A stretch of 64,000 bases of DNA from Candidatus Methylomirabilia bacterium (GCA_041496385.1 JBGQEL010000008.1:1-64000); one strand, 5' to 3'. Counted from the first letter of the stretch, positions 21,576 through 33,048 are shown. Numbers and translations are program-made. The notes: generated by a model from the letters alone, not told the origin.

Positions 21576-22549
21576 GACGCCACCTGCGTGTACACGTCCT
21601 TCGTCAAGTCCTCCACCGGCTCCCACGGCCCCGCCTCGGCGACGGCGACCGCGGCGTCGACGTCGGCGGCCACCGACGTCTCGAGGGCGGCGAGATCGGG
21701 GTCGGCGACGAATCCCCACTCCCTGAGGCGCGCGGTGAAGAGCGCGATCGGATCGCGCGCTTTCCACTGCTCGACCTCGTCCTTGCCCCGGTAGAGCTCG
21801 GGGTCGGCGGTCGAGTGGGCGCGGTAGCGGTAGGTGCGCAGCTCGAGGAGGAACGGGCCCGCGCCGCCCCGCACCTGCTCCGCGGCCCCGCGGACGGCCG
21901 CCTCGACCGCGAGGACGTCCATGCCGTCCGCCACGTCCGCGGGCATGGCGTAGGCCTGGGCCTTCAGCCGGACGTCGGTCTGCGACTGGTGCCGCGCGAG
22001 CGCCGTGCCCATCGCGTAGAGGTTGTTTTCGCAGAGGAAGAGCACCGGGAGCCTCCAGAGCGCGGCGAGATTCAGCGACTCGTGGAACTCGCCCTCGGCG
22101 ACCGCGCCGTCGCCGAAGAAGCAGGCCGTCACGCGCCGGCGCGCCTGGAGAGTGTCGGCGAGGGCCAGTCCCACGGCGACCGGCAGTCCGCCGCCGACGA
22201 TCGCGTGGCCGCCGTAGAAGCGCCGCGAGACGTCGAAGAAGTGCATGGAGCCGCCGCGGCCGCGGCTGCACCCGTTCGCCTTGCCGTACATCTCGGCCAT
22301 GAGCGCGCCCGCCGGAATGCCGCGCGCCAGGGCCTGGCCGTGCTCGCGGTACGTGGCGACGATCGCGTCGTCGGCCGTGAACGCCTGCATGGCGCCCACC
22401 GCCACCGCCTCCTCGCCGATGTAGAGGTGCAGGAATCCTCGGATCTTCCCGCGCGTGTACAACTCCCCCGCTTTCTCCTCGAAGCGCCGGATCAGGACCA
22501 TCTGGCGTAGGAGCGCGAGCGCGTGGTCCCGATCGATGGGCGCCGTCAT
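21572..22549 (-). CDS. pdhA: Pyruvate dehydrogenase E1 alpha subunit
   Basis: [27 protein letters not shown]...ENN TPP motif, YRAHS. Confidence 0.92.
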   Translation of the reverse strand: MTAPIDRDHALALLRQMVLIRRFEEKAGELYTRGKIRGFLHLYIGEEAVAVGAMQAFTADDAIVATYREHGQALARGIPAGALMAEMYGKANGCSRGRGGSMHFFDVSRRFYGGHAIVGGGLPVAVGLALADTLQARRRVTACFFGDGAVAEGEFHESLNLAALWRLPVLFLCENNLYAMGTALARHQSQTDVRLKAQAYAMPADVADGMDVLAVEAAVRGAAEQVRGGAGPFLLELRTYRYRAHSTADPELYRGKDEVEQWKARDPIALFTARLREWGFVADPDLAALETSVAADVDAAVAVAEAGPWEPVEDLTKDVYTQVAS

Positions 22550-24312
22550 GTCGGCTCTTCGAGCGCCGAGATGTCCCCCTCGGGGAGTCCGAGCTCGCGC
22601 GCCTTGAGGAGCCGGCGCATGATCTTGCCGCTCCGCGTCTTGGGAAGCGAGGGCTTGAAGTCGATCTCCTTCGGCGCGACGACCGCGCCCAGGCGCGTCC
22701 GCGCGAACGCGAGAAGCTCCCGCTTGAGCTCGGGCGTCGCGGCCCAGCCGTCCTTGAGCGAGACGAAGGCCTTCACGACCTCCATCGCGACGGGGTCGGG
22801 CTTGCCGATCACGCCGGCCTCGGCGACGGCCTTGTGCTCCATGAGAACGCTCTCGACCTCGAAGGGACCGACGAGGTGGCCGGAGGTCTTGATCACGTCG
22901 TCCGCGCGTCCGACGAACCAGAAATAGCCGTCGCGGTCCCGCCGGGCGAGATCGCCCGTGAGATACCAGCCGCCGACGAAGCACTCTCGGTAGCGCGCCT
23001 CCTCGCCCCAGTAGCCGCGGAACATGGACGGCCACCCGGGACGGAGGGCCAGTTCGCCCTGGACGTCGGGCGCCTCGAGGATCTCGACGCGGTCGTCGCC
23101 GACCTTGCGGACGATCGCCGCGTCGATACCCGGTAACGGCCGGCCCATCGAGCCCGGCCGGATGTCCATCGAGGCGAAGTTGGCGATCATGATGCCGCCG
23201 GTCTCCGTCTGCCACCAGTTGTCGTGGAAGGGGCGCCCGAACGCCTCCTGTCCCCACACCACCGCCTCGGGATTGAGCGGCTCGCCGACGCTCGAGAGGA
23301 ATCTGAGCGCGCCGAAGTCGTGCTTCCGGGCCAGGACGGTCCCGGCCTTCATCATCATCCGAATCGCGGTGGGCGCCGTGTACCAGACGGAGACCTTCTG
23401 GGATTCGACCACCGCGTACCAGCGCTCGGCGTCGAACTCGGCCTCGTCGATGAGGCTCGTGACTCCGTTCGTCAGCGGCGCGATGATGCCGTAGGACGTG
23501 CCGGTGACCCAGCCCGGATCGGCCGTACACCAGAAGACGTCGTCCGGGTGGAGGTCGAGCGCGTACTTGCCGGTGACGTGGTGGGCCACCACCGCCTCGT
23601 GGACGTGGACCGCGCCCTTCGGCTTGCCCGTGGTCCCGCTGGTGAAGTGCAGGAGCGCGACGTCCTCGGGATCGGTGGGGCCGATCTCGAAGGCGTCACC
23701 GGCCGCAGCCATCAGCGCGTGGTAGTCGCGGGTGCCGCTCACGTCCGTGGGGTGCTCGCGGTCGCCGACGAGCAGCACGTGCTCCAGGTCGGGAAGCGTG
23801 GCGCGCAGGTCGGCGACCTTCCGGCGATAGAGCGGCTCGGTCGTGACCAGCACCCGTGCCCGGCCGATGCCGAGGCGCGCGCGGATCGGCTCGGGCCCGA
23901 ACGCGGAGAAGAGGGGGCAGAACACGCTCCGGTTCTTGAGCGCCCCGAGCGCGGCGACGTAGAGCTCGGGAATCCGGCCCGCGAGGACGTAGACACGGTC
24001 GCCGCGTTCGACCCCGAGCCCCTGCAGCACGTTGGCGAAGCGGTTCGTGAGCCGGCGGAGCTCGCCGTAGGTGCAGTCCCGCCCCTCCCCGCCCTTGCCG
24101 AGCCAGCGGAGCGCGAGGTGGTCGCGGCGCGGGCCCGCCGCGTGACGGTCCACGGCCTCGTGGGCGATGTTGAGTCCGCGGCCGGCCGGGAGCCCGTCGA
24201 GCTGGCGCCGCGCGGCGCCCCAGGAGAACGTCGCGCGCGCGCGGGCGTAGTCGGCGAGATTGGGCTCGACGGCCGCGTCCCTCGGGTGCTTGGCGATCGT
24301 GGCCCAGGCCAT
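22546..24312 (-). CDS. acsA: Acetate--CoA ligase
   Basis: [41 protein letters not shown]. Confidence 0.92.
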   Translation of the reverse strand: MAWATIAKHPRDAAVEPNLADYARARATFSWGAARRQLDGLPAGRGLNIAHEAVDRHAAGPRRDHLALRWLGKGGEGRDCTYGELRRLTNRFANVLQGLGVERGDRVYVLAGRIPELYVAALGALKNRSVFCPLFSAFGPEPIRARLGIGRARVLVTTEPLYRRKVADLRATLPDLEHVLLVGDREHPTDVSGTRDYHALMAAAGDAFEIGPTDPEDVALLHFTSGTTGKPKGAVHVHEAVVAHHVTGKYALDLHPDDVFWCTADPGWVTGTSYGIIAPLTNGVTSLIDEAEFDAERWYAVVESQKVSVWYTAPTAIRMMMKAGTVLARKHDFGALRFLSSVGEPLNPEAVVWGQEAFGRPFHDNWWQTETGGIMIANFASMDIRPGSMGRPLPGIDAAIVRKVGDDRVEILEAPDVQGELALRPGWPSMFRGYWGEEARYRECFVGGWYLTGDLARRDRDGYFWFVGRADDVIKTSGHLVGPFEVESVLMEHKAVAEAGVIGKPDPVAMEVVKAFVSLKDGWAATPELKRELLAFARTRLGAVVAPKEIDFKPSLPKTRSGKIMRRLLKARELGLPEGDISALEEPT

Positions 24313-24316
24313 CGGT

Positions 24317-25930
24317 TCACTCGAACTGCGGGGCCTTCGGCTCCTTCTCGTCGGGCACCTCGGTGAGGGTCGCCTCGGCCAGCAGGAGCAGGCTCGCCGC
24401 CGACACCGCGTTCTCCAGCGCGATGCGCACGACCTTGGTCGGGTCGATGATCCCCGCCTCGACCAGATCCACGTACTCCTTCCGCGCGGCGTCGAAGCCG
24501 CGGTTGCCGGTCCCCTTCCGCATCTCGTTGACGACGACTCCGCCATCCACGCCGGAGTTCTCGGCGATCTGCCGCGTGGGCGTCTCGAGCGCGCGCGCGA
24601 GAATGCCGAGGCCGGTGCGCTCGTCGCCCGATGCGGCCGCCGCCTCGCGCTCGACCGTCTCGACCACGCGCAGGAGGGCGAGGCCGCCGCCGGGAACGAT
24701 GCCCTCCGCCACCGCCGCCTTCGTCGCGGCGATCGCGTCGTCGAGCGCCTCCTTCTTGCTTTTCATCTCGGCCTCGGACGGCGCGCCGACGCGGATCACC
24801 GCCACGCCCCCGGACAGCTTCGCCAGGCGCTCCTCGAGCTTCTCCTTGTCGTAGTCGCTCGTCGTCTTCTCGATCTGCTGGCGGACCTGTTGCCGGCGCC
24901 CCTCGATGAGAGGCTTGTCACCGCCGCCGCCGATGATCGTGGTGTTCTCTCGATCGGCGACGATGCGCCGGGCGCGGCCGAGCTGGTCCATCTCGACGTT
25001 CTCGAGCTTGATCCCGAGCGTTTCGGTCACCACTCGGCCGCCGGTGAGGACCGCGATGTCCTCGAGGATCTCCCGGCGCCGGTCGCCGAAGCCGGGGGCC
25101 TTGACCGCCACGCAGCGGAGCGAGCCGCGCAGCCGGTTGACCACGAGCGTGGCGAGGGCGTCCCCCTCCACGTCCTCGGCGATGATGAGGAGCGGCCGCG
25201 CCGCCCGCGCCACCTGCTCGAGGAGCGGCAGCAGCTCCTTCATGGTGGCGAGCTTCCGGTCGGTGAGGAGGATCAGCGCGTCCTCGAGGACCGCCTCCAT
25301 CTTCTCCGTGTCGGTGACGAAGTACGGCGACAGGTATCCACGGTCGAACTGCATCCCCTCGACGATCTCGAGCTGGGTCTCGGTGGTCTTCGCTTCCTCG
25401 ACCGTGATCACGCCCTCGTCGCCGACCTTCTCCATGGCGTCGGCGACGAGCTCGCCGATCGTCGGGTCGTTGTGCGCGGAGATGGTCGCGACCTGCGCCT
25501 TCTCGAGCCGCGTCTCGACCGGCCGGGACAGCGCGGCGAGCGCCCTGACCGCGGCACGCGCGCCGCGGTCGAGCCCGCGCTTGAGGTCGATCGCGGAGGC
25601 GCCGGCGGTGACGTTGCGCACGCCCTCGGCCAGGATCGCGTGGGCCAGGATCGTCGCCGTGCTCGTCCCGTCGCCGACCGCGTCGCCCGTTCGCTCCGCC
25701 GCCTGGCGGATCATCTGGGCGCCGAGGTTTTCCGCGGCATCCTTGAGCTCCATCTCCTTCGCGATGGTGACGCCGTCGTTGCAGACGATCGGGAGGCCGA
25801 AGCGCTTCTGGATCAGCACGCACTTCGACTTGGGTCCGAGCGTCACGCGCACCGCGTCGGCGAGCGTCGCCGCCCCGCGCAGGACCTTCTCGCGCGCCTC
25901 GGACCGGAACAGAACCTGTTTGTACGCCAT
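24317..25930 (-). CDS. groL: Chaperonin GroEL paralog (no adjacent GroES, no GGM tail)
   Basis: [44 protein letters not shown]. Confidence 0.95.
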   Translation of the reverse strand: MAYKQVLFRSEAREKVLRGAATLADAVRVTLGPKSKCVLIQKRFGLPIVCNDGVTIAKEMELKDAAENLGAQMIRQAAERTGDAVGDGTSTATILAHAILAEGVRNVTAGASAIDLKRGLDRGARAAVRALAALSRPVETRLEKAQVATISAHNDPTIGELVADAMEKVGDEGVITVEEAKTTETQLEIVEGMQFDRGYLSPYFVTDTEKMEAVLEDALILLTDRKLATMKELLPLLEQVARAARPLLIIAEDVEGDALATLVVNRLRGSLRCVAVKAPGFGDRRREILEDIAVLTGGRVVTETLGIKLENVEMDQLGRARRIVADRENTTIIGGGGDKPLIEGRRQQVRQQIEKTTSDYDKEKLEERLAKLSGGVAVIRVGAPSEAEMKSKKEALDDAIAATKAAVAEGIVPGGGLALLRVVETVEREAAAASGDERTGLGILARALETPTRQIAENSGVDGGVVVNEMRKGTGNRGFDAARKEYVDLVEAGIIDPTKVVRIALENAVSAASLLLLAEATLTEVPDEKEPKAPQFE

Positions 25931-25947
25931 GGGTCTCCCCTCCTCTG

Positions 25948-26292
25948 CTACCTCTCCTGCCGCAGCTGGCAGGGCATACAGTACCGCGCCGTGGGCATCG
26001 CCCGGAGCCGCGTGAGCGGGATCGGCTGGCCGCAGCCCCCGCAGACGCCGAAGGTGTCGGAGGCGAGCCGCGCCTGAGCCTCTCTGATCTCGTCGAGCTC
26101 GTGCTTCTCCTGACCCTCGAGCCGCGAGAGCAGTGCCGTGACGCGCTCGCGGTCGGCGTCCTCGCCCGGCGCGCCGGGCTGGTGGGCCTCGAGCGTCGCC
26201 AGCTCCACGTCCGTCTGCGCCACGGTCCGGAAGAGCCGCTCGCGCGCTTCCCGGAGTCGCCGAGTGAACTCCGCCACCAGGTCCGTTTTCAT
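25948..26292 (-). CDS. TraR/DksA C4-type zinc finger protein
   Basis: Coiled coil followed by [27 protein letters not shown]. Confidence 0.88.
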   Translation of the reverse strand: MKTDLVAEFTRRLREARERLFRTVAQTDVELATLEAHQPGAPGEDADRERVTALLSRLEGQEKHELDEIREAQARLASDTFGVCGGCGQPIPLTRLRAMPTARYCMPCQLRQER

Positions 26293-28052
26293 CGCCTCGC
26301 TCCTCCCGCACCCGCGCGCCGGCCCTCCTCTGAGCGCGCGGGGCGCGCCCAGGCGAGGAGCTTCTTCGCCGGCCACGTGTTCACGACTTCGTCCTTCGCG
26401 AGCCACGCGCGCCGCGCCGTGGCGACGCCGAGCTCCATCATGGTCAGGTGGTCCAGCACGTGAGCGTCGGTGCTCACGGCGATCAGGACGCCCAGGTCGC
26501 GCGCTCGGCGCGCGTGCGCGTCGTTGAGGTCGAGCCGCAACGGGTACGAATTGATCTCGACCGCCTTGCCGTGCCGCTTCGCGGTGCGGAGGACCTCCTC
26601 CAGGTCCACGTCGTAGGGGTCGCGCTCGCCGATGAGGCGGCCCGTGGGGTGGGCGAGGACATTGACGTACGGGTTCTCGAGCGCCCGGCAGAGGCGCCGG
26701 GTCATCTCGCGGCGCGGCTGCTCGAAGCGCGAGTGGACGGCGCCGACCACCAGGTCGAGCCCGGCCAGGACCGCGTCCGGGTAGTCCAGCGAGCCGTCCT
26801 CGAGGATGTCGCATTCGCTGCCGGCCAGCACCGCGATCCCCGGATGCTTCTTCTGGACCGCCCGGATCTTCTTGACGTGAGCCGCGAACTCCGTCACGGA
26901 GAGCCCGCCCGCGACCCGGGCCGAGGCGCTGTGGTCCGTGACAACGAGGTATTCGTAGCCACGTTGCTCGGCCGCGGCGACGAGCGCCTCGATCGTGTGA
27001 TGGCCGTCGGTCGCCTTGGTGTGGCAGTGGAGATCGCCGCGGATGTCTCCGAGCGTCACGAGCTTGGGCAGCTGCCCCTTCGCCGCCGCCTCGACCTCGC
27101 CGAGATCCTCGCGCAGCTCGGGCGCGATCCACGGGAGCCCGATCGCGGCGTAGACCTCCTCCTCCGTGGCGCCGGCGATGCGCCGGCCGCTCGAGGCGCG
27201 GAAGACGCCGTACTCGGAGATCTTGAGGCCTTTCTTCACCGCCATCTCGCGGATGCGGATGTTGTGCTGTTTGGAGCCGGTGAAATAGACGAGCGCGGCG
27301 CCGAAGCATTCGGGCTCGAGCACCCGGAGATCCACCTGGATCCCCTCCCGGTGGCGGACCGAGGCCTTGGTCTCGCCTCGCTCCAGGACCTCGGAGACCT
27401 GGGGCAGCGTCGTGAAGGCCTGCATGACCTTTGCCGGATCGGTCGAGGTGACGAGGAGGTCGATGTCGCCGACGGTCTCCTTCATGCGCCGGAGCGAGCC
27501 GGCGAGCTCGATCGCCTTCACACCGGGCAGGCCGTCGAGGGCGTGTACGAGCTCGCGCCCGAGGGGGAGCGCGCGCCCGAGCGGCATCCGTGCCTGGCCG
27601 CCACGGACCAGCGCGATGCCCTTCAGGATGTTGGCCTCGGTCTTCGCCTGGATGCCGTGGAGGCCGCGGAGCTTGCCCGCGCGCGCGAGCTTCTCGAGGC
27701 GGTCGAGCGTGGTGACGCCCTCCTTGTCGTAGAGGAGCCGGGCGGTCTTCGGACCGACGCCAGGCACGTTCATGAGCTCGACGACGCCCGGCGGGACCCC
27801 CTTCTTCGCCGTCTCGACGTCCTTGACGCGCCCCGTCCGGAGGTACTCGAGGATCTTGCCGGCGAGGTCCGCGCCGACCCCCGGGATCTCCTCGAGCCGC
27901 CCCTCGCGCGCGAGCGTCTCGACGTCCTCGGTCAGCGCCTCGAGGTTCTGGGCGGCGCGGCGGTAGGCGCGGATGCGGAAGGGGTTCTCCTCCTTGATCT
28001 CGAGGATGTCGGCCATCAGGTCGAAGAGCCGGGCGATCTCGAAGTTCTTCAT
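26289..28052 (-). CDS. polX: DNA polymerase X with PHP 3'-5' exonuclease domain
   Basis: [49 protein letters not shown]. Confidence 0.95.
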   Translation of the reverse strand: MKNFEIARLFDLMADILEIKEENPFRIRAYRRAAQNLEALTEDVETLAREGRLEEIPGVGADLAGKILEYLRTGRVKDVETAKKGVPPGVVELMNVPGVGPKTARLLYDKEGVTTLDRLEKLARAGKLRGLHGIQAKTEANILKGIALVRGGQARMPLGRALPLGRELVHALDGLPGVKAIELAGSLRRMKETVGDIDLLVTSTDPAKVMQAFTTLPQVSEVLERGETKASVRHREGIQVDLRVLEPECFGAALVYFTGSKQHNIRIREMAVKKGLKISEYGVFRASSGRRIAGATEEEVYAAIGLPWIAPELREDLGEVEAAAKGQLPKLVTLGDIRGDLHCHTKATDGHHTIEALVAAAEQRGYEYLVVTDHSASARVAGGLSVTEFAAHVKKIRAVQKKHPGIAVLAGSECDILEDGSLDYPDAVLAGLDLVVGAVHSRFEQPRREMTRRLCRALENPYVNVLAHPTGRLIGERDPYDVDLEEVLRTAKRHGKAVEINSYPLRLDLNDAHARRARDLGVLIAVSTDAHVLDHLTMMELGVATARRAWLAKDEVVNTWPAKKLLAWARPARSEEGRRAGAGGARR

Positions 28053-28162
28053 CGCCCCTGGTGCCTCCGCGCCCACCAGTCGGCCAGGAGCCACACGCCG
28101 ATCGCCGCGACGACGACGATCGCCACCGCGATCATCCACTGATCGCGAATCGCCTGTACCAT
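28049..28162 (-). CDS. Small single-pass membrane protein (37 aa)
   Basis: [37 protein letters not shown]; purine-rich SD-like run upstream; stop overlaps the polX ATG. Confidence 0.55.
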   Translation of the reverse strand: MVQAIRDQWMIAVAIVVVAAIGVWLLADWWARRHQGR

Positions 28163-28176
28163 CGGCCCCTTCCGGC

Positions 28177-28740
28177 TCAGCGGACCGCGAAGGCCCAGCG
28201 GTCCGGCTTGGAGAGCAAGCCCTTGGCGAGCACGTCCTGGAACGTCCGGAGCACGTCGGTCTCGGTGAGGATCCCGACGACACGCTCCCCCTCGACGACC
28301 GGCAGGGCGCCCACCTTCTGCTCGCGCATGAGGTGCGCCGCCCGCCGGATCTCGGTCTCCGGGCGCACCGTCACGACGCCCCAGGTCATGACGTCGCGAA
28401 CGGTCAGTGTCGCGAGGGCATCCCCGAGGTCCCCGAACCGCGCCTGGATCCTGGGGTCGAAGACCACCTGCCGAAGATCCCGGTCGGTGACGATGCCGAC
28501 GAGGCGGCTGCCGCGGTCGACCACCGGCAGGTGGCGGATCTTCCGCTTCTTCATCATCTCGACGGCGCCGCGCACGAGCGTATCGGAATGAATCGTCACG
28601 GCCGAGCGCGTCATGCAGTCCCGGACCCGGATGGTGCCTTCCGGCCACGACAGCGCCTCGAGCTCGTCGGCCTCGCGGCCGGGGTGCACGGGGCGGCGTG
28701 TGCGGATGTCACGCGTGATCGAGCGCTTGGGGCGTGGCAT
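28177..28740 (-). CDS. CBS domain protein
   Basis: IRHLPVVD..LVGIVTDRDL; VGALPVVE..VGILTETDVL. Confidence 0.88.
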   Translation of the reverse strand: MPRPKRSITRDIRTRRPVHPGREADELEALSWPEGTIRVRDCMTRSAVTIHSDTLVRGAVEMMKKRKIRHLPVVDRGSRLVGIVTDRDLRQVVFDPRIQARFGDLGDALATLTVRDVMTWGVVTVRPETEIRRAAHLMREQKVGALPVVEGERVVGILTETDVLRTFQDVLAKGLLSKPDRWAFAVR

Positions 28741-28745
28741 CGGCG

Positions 28746-29039
28746 TCAGGCCGCGATGAGCTGCTTGAAGCGAGCCCACGGCACCGCGGTCCACGTCTCC
28801 GTCTGCGCGTGCCCGAAGGACCGGACGATCATGACGACCTTGGCCGCCACGGTCTCGTCGGGCGCCTCGAACAGGTCCAGGTAGTCGTACGGGCCGAGGA
28901 TCGCGTAGTTCGCCACCCACTTCACCTGCGGGCACTCCTTCTGGACCCGCTCGCTCACCGCGCGCTCGAGGCGCGCGAGATCGCTCGGGGATTTCACGCT
29001 GTCGGGGGTGAGTCGCGTCAGCATCACATACGTCGCCAT
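28746..29039 (-). CDS. GYD domain protein
   Basis: MATYVML, ILGPYDYLDLFEAPD, TETW. Confidence 0.82.
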   Translation of the reverse strand: MATYVMLTRLTPDSVKSPSDLARLERAVSERVQKECPQVKWVANYAILGPYDYLDLFEAPDETVAAKVVMIVRSFGHAQTETWTAVPWARFKQLIAA

Positions 29040-29052
29040 CTCCGCTCCTCCT

Positions 29053-29532
29053 TCACCAGAGGTACGTGTCCGGATCGATACCCCGCACCGACGGCACCGT
29101 CTGCCCGAGCGCCCGGAGCACGTCGCGCTCGGTGACGATGCCGACGAGGCTGCCCTTGTCCACGACGGGAAGGCTGCTGAAGCGCCCCTCGAACATCACG
29201 GCCGCGGCCTGCGCGAGCGAGGAGTCGGGAGCGATCGTGACGGCGTCCCAGGTCATCACGGCCTTCACGCGTAGGTTCTCGACCGTTTCGCCCAGGACGC
29301 GCAGGCGTCGCCGGGCGACCGCGGAGAGGTGCTCCGCGATCGCCGGGGCGAACAGCGCGTCGCGAAGATCGCGGTCCGAGATCATGCCCCCGAGCCGGCC
29401 GGCGTCGTCCACGACCGGAAGGTGGCGGATGGCCTTGTCGCGCATCACGGCGACCGCGGTCGCGATCGGCGCCTCCGGATCGATCGTGATCGGATCCCGG
29501 CTCATCACGTCCTTCACCCGCATCACCATCAT
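29053..29532 (-). CDS. CBS domain protein
   Basis: IRHLPVVD..ISDRDL; FSSLPVVD..VGIVTERDVL. Confidence 0.88.
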   Translation of the reverse strand: MMVMRVKDVMSRDPITIDPEAPIATAVAVMRDKAIRHLPVVDDAGRLGGMISDRDLRDALFAPAIAEHLSAVARRRLRVLGETVENLRVKAVMTWDAVTIAPDSSLAQAAAVMFEGRFSSLPVVDKGSLVGIVTERDVLRALGQTVPSVRGIDPDTYLW

Positions 29533-30398
29533 CGCCTCCTCGCCGTCGGCGACGCCCCGAGCCTCGCGTGGCGCACCGGCGCCGGCTCCCGTCGGTACGG
29601 GACGGGAACGAACTGGACGGCGGGCTGACCCTGCCGCGGCTGCGGATAGAGATCCATGAGCGCGTAGACGTCCGGCGGGATCCCGGCCCGGACCGCGAGC
29701 CCGAGCGCGCCTGCCTGCGTCACCGTGATCGGATAGTCGTGGGTCCAGCGGCCCTCCGTCAGCGCGGCGATCAGCTCCTTCGACTGCGCCGGTGGCATGC
29801 GGTCCCCGACGAGGTCGGCGATGCACTGCTGGATCTGCCCGAGAGCCGTGCGCGCGACGTCGGCCAGGATCAAGGTCTCGTCGTCGAGCTCGTTCTTGTC
29901 CTCACCGATCACGCGGATGAGCGAGACCGCGGGATACGCGCCGATCTGCGGATCGATCGGTCCGAGGACCGCGTTCTCGTCCATCAGGATCTCGCCGGCC
30001 GCCAGTGCGAGGAGGGTACCGCCCGACATCGCGTGGTGCGGGACGATCACGGTCACCCGCGCGGGGTGGTTGCGGAGCGCGCCCGCGATCTGCTGGGTGG
30101 CGAGCACCAGCCCACCGGGCGTATGGAGGATCACGTCGATCGGCATGTCGGGCGGGGTGAGGCGGATCGCGCGCAGGACCTGCTCCGAGTCGTCGATGTC
30201 GATGTAGCGCGCGATCGGGATGCCGAGGAGGCTCCGCGACTCCTGCCGGTGGATCAGCGTGATCACCCGCGTGCCGCGCTGGCGCTCGAGCCGCCGGAGG
30301 ACGCGAAGGCGCGCCATCGCGAGCAGCCGCGCCTGCAACATCGGCATGACCGCCGAGACCAGGAAGAAGATCCACACGAGGTTCCAGAGCCCGTCCAT
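29529..30398 (-). CDS. SDH-family ClpP-fold serine protease
   Basis: IHRQE, ILHTPGGLVLA, AMSGGTLLALAA, LGPIDPQ, WTHDYPI. Confidence 0.85.
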   Translation of the reverse strand: MDGLWNLVWIFFLVSAVMPMLQARLLAMARLRVLRRLERQRGTRVITLIHRQESRSLLGIPIARYIDIDDSEQVLRAIRLTPPDMPIDVILHTPGGLVLATQQIAGALRNHPARVTVIVPHHAMSGGTLLALAAGEILMDENAVLGPIDPQIGAYPAVSLIRVIGEDKNELDDETLILADVARTALGQIQQCIADLVGDRMPPAQSKELIAALTEGRWTHDYPITVTQAGALGLAVRAGIPPDVYALMDLYPQPRQGQPAVQFVPVPYRREPAPVRHARLGASPTARRR

Positions 30399-30401
30399 CG
30401 C

Positions 30402-31856
30402 CTATCCCTTGATGTTCCCGATCGGAGTCAGCGACACGACCTTGCGCGAGATGTCGAGGCGGTCGACGACGTCGACGACCTCGCCGAGATCTTTGTAGGC
30501 GAAGGCCGCCTCTTCGGCGACGCCGGACTTGGACGCAGCGCGCACGACGATCCCGCGCGCCTCCATCTCCTTCATGAGCGTCTCGCCCCAGACCTGGCGC
30601 CTGGCCTGCGCGCGCGACATCGTGCGGCCGGCGCCGTGGGCCGTCGAGCCGAACGTCTCCGCCATCGCGTGCGCCGTCCCGACGAGGAGCGCCGAGCCTG
30701 TCTCCATCGACCCGCCGATGATCACGGGCTGGCCGACGGCCCGATAGGCCTCCGGAACATCCGGCGCCCCGGGACCGAACGAGCGGGTCGCGCCCTTGCG
30801 GTGGACGACAAGCTCGAGCGACTCGCCGTCGACGGTGTGGCGCTCGAGCTTCGCCGTGTTGTGGCAGACGTCGTAGATCACGGAGAGCCCGAGCTCGCGT
30901 GGATCGCGCCCGAAGACGCGCTCCATCACCTCGCGCACCCTGTGCGTGATCATCTGGCGATTCGCGAACGCGCTGTTGGCCGCGGCGGTCATCGCGCCGA
31001 AATACGCCTGGCCCTCGGGCGCGCGGAACGGCGCACAGGCGAGCTCGCGGTCCCTCACCGTGATCCCGTGGCGCTTCATCACCTGATCGAACATGCGGAG
31101 ATAGTCGGTGCCGATCTGGTGACCGAAGCCGCGCGAGCCACAGTGGAGCATCACGACGATCTGGCCGGGCCGCTCGATGCCGAACGCCCGTGCGACGTCG
31201 GGGTCGTGAATGCCGCCCGGCGGCACGACCTGGATCTCGAGATAGTGGTTGCCGGAGCCGAGCGTGCCGAGCTGCGCGCGCCCGCGCGAGACGGCGCGCG
31301 CGCTCACCGCGTCGGGGTCGGCGCCCGGCAGGCAGCCTCCGCCCTCGGTGCCGGCGAGATCCTCGGGCCAGCCGTAGCCGGAGCGCACGCACCAGCGCGA
31401 GCCCTCGCGCATGACCTCGCGGAACTCGTCGTCCGAAAGCCGCACGAAGCCCTTGGCGCCGACGCCCGACGGCACGGCGGCGAAGAGCGCGTCGACGAGC
31501 TCGGTGAGCTTCGGCCGGACTTCGGCCTCCGTCAGGTTGGTGCGGAGCAGGCGCATGCCGCAATTGATGTCGAAGCCGATCCCGCCGGGCGAGATGATGC
31601 CCGTGTCGGCCCGGAAGGCGGCGACGCCGCCGATCGGGAAGCCGTAGCCCCAGTGACCGTCCGGCATGCAGAGCGCCGCCCGCACGATCCCCGGCAGGCA
31701 CGCGACGTTGGTCACCTGCTCGAACACGCCCTCGTCCATCCGCGCGAGCAGCGCCTCGGAGGCGTAGAGGCGCGCCGGCACCAGCATCCCGGGCTTCTCG
31801 CTGGTCGGGATCTCCCAGATGCAGTCGGCGACGGGCAGCGTCTTCATCGTGGTCAT
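30402..31856 (-). CDS. rtcB: RNA ligase RtcB
   Basis: MPDGHWGYGFPIGG, GFDINCG, GTLGSGNHYLE, HRKGAT, HGAGR, EEAAFAYKD. Confidence 0.95.
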   Translation of the reverse strand: MTTMKTLPVADCIWEIPTSEKPGMLVPARLYASEALLARMDEGVFEQVTNVACLPGIVRAALCMPDGHWGYGFPIGGVAAFRADTGIISPGGIGFDINCGMRLLRTNLTEAEVRPKLTELVDALFAAVPSGVGAKGFVRLSDDEFREVMREGSRWCVRSGYGWPEDLAGTEGGGCLPGADPDAVSARAVSRGRAQLGTLGSGNHYLEIQVVPPGGIHDPDVARAFGIERPGQIVVMLHCGSRGFGHQIGTDYLRMFDQVMKRHGITVRDRELACAPFRAPEGQAYFGAMTAAANSAFANRQMITHRVREVMERVFGRDPRELGLSVIYDVCHNTAKLERHTVDGESLELVVHRKGATRSFGPGAPDVPEAYRAVGQPVIIGGSMETGSALLVGTAHAMAETFGSTAHGAGRTMSRAQARRQVWGETLMKEMEARGIVVRAASKSGVAEEAAFAYKDLGEVVDVVDRLDISRKVVSLTPIGNIKG

Positions 31857-31861
31857 GGACG

Positions 31862-32290
31862 TCAGATGTCGATGACGAGCCGCGCGCGCCACCCGCGCCC
31901 GTGCGGCTCCAGCGTGAACTGGTGGAACGTGACGGCCTTGGGGTCGGCGCGAAGCTCCGTCGTGGCGCGGTCGATCGGGCCGCCGGTAAGACGCGCCTCG
32001 AGCCGGCACGGCGTGCCCTCGGTCACGCGCGGCTCGGTCAGCGGGAACACGAGCTGTTCGCTGTCCTTCATGTAGATCAACTCGGAGAGCCAGTCGTAGA
32101 GCAGGAGGTCGAGGGAGGGGGCCGTGAGCTCGACGCTGCGCCCGATGCTCGTCCGGACGGTGGCCGGGTCGACCATGACCTCGGCCAGGGCCCGTGCGGC
32201 CGTCGCGAAGAGATCGTCGAGGTCGTCCCCCTCGATCTCGACGGCGCAGTCGGCGACTGCGACCGACTCGAGGAACTCGTGTCGGCCCAC
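31862..32290 (-). CDS. Archease (RtcB cofactor)
   Basis: ADCAVE, DWLSELIY, KAVTFHQF, C-terminal VIDI; directly upstream of rtcB. Confidence 0.88.
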   Translation of the reverse strand: MGRHEFLESVAVADCAVEIEGDDLDDLFATAARALAEVMVDPATVRTSIGRSVELTAPSLDLLLYDWLSELIYMKDSEQLVFPLTEPRVTEGTPCRLEARLTGGPIDRATTELRADPKAVTFHQFTLEPHGRGWRARLVIDI

Positions 32291-32307
32291 GGCCCCCCCC
32301 TGGCTCC

Positions 32308-32748
32308 CTACTCGGCCTTCACCGGAATCGTCGTGCCCTTCGCGCTCGGCGCCTTCGGCAGCTTGACGGTCAGCACGCCGTCCTTGAAGCTCGCGGCCAC
32401 CTTCTCGGTGTCCACGCCCGTCGGCAGCGCGAGCGTCCGGGTGAACGCGCCCCAGGACCGCTCGACGCGGTGGTACTTCTCCTCCTTCTCCTCCTTCTCC
32501 TTGTGCTTCTCTCCCTTGAGGGTCAGCATCTGGTCCTGGATCGTGACGCTGAGGTTCTTCTGCTCGACGCCCGGGACCTCCATCTTCATGAGATAGGCGT
32601 CCTTGGTCTCGGAGAAGTCGAGCTTCGGCGCCCACTCCCCGACCGTCTCGAACTCGTCCCAGCGCGGCTCGAAGAAGCGGTCGAACATCCGCTCCATCTC
32701 CTGCCTCAGGTTCTCCATGCCTCTGAACGGAGCCAGCGCACGCATCAC
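32308..32748 (-). CDS. Hsp20 / alpha-crystallin small heat shock protein
   Basis: EVPGV, LTLKGEK, VERSWGAFTRTLALP, ASFKDGVLTVKLPK. Confidence 0.93.
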   Translation of the reverse strand: MMRALAPFRGMENLRQEMERMFDRFFEPRWDEFETVGEWAPKLDFSETKDAYLMKMEVPGVEQKNLSVTIQDQMLTLKGEKHKEKEEKEEKYHRVERSWGAFTRTLALPTGVDTEKVAASFKDGVLTVKLPKAPSAKGTTIPVKAE

Positions 32749-32750
32749 AC

Positions 32751-33048
32751 TTATCCCCCTTCCATCAATGTCACGGTGATCTTGGTCGCGGTCGCTCGCT
32801 TCCCGTCCTTCTCGACGTGCACCGTGACGAAGTCACCTTCCTTCACCGCCCACGGATCGAGCCTCACTTCCACGAAGTCGCCGGGCCACCCGGTCGGCCC
32901 GGGTTCCTTGGTGCGCCGCGACGCCACGAACTGCGCCGTCGGACTCACCGCGATGGTCTGCTTCGTGATCGGCGGCCGCGGCGGCCCCGGCGCTGAGGAT
33001 CAGCGCGCCGCCCATGAGGAGAGCGGCGAACAGGGTCGCCTGGCTCAT
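32751..33048 (-). pseudogene. Frameshifted or internally deleted small secreted beta-rich protein
   Basis: Signal peptide MSQATLFAALLMGGALILSAGAAAAAD in one frame; protein-like ITKQTIAVSPTAQF...VKEGDFVTVHVEKDGKRATATKITV continues in another frame from ~32969. Confidence 0.5.
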
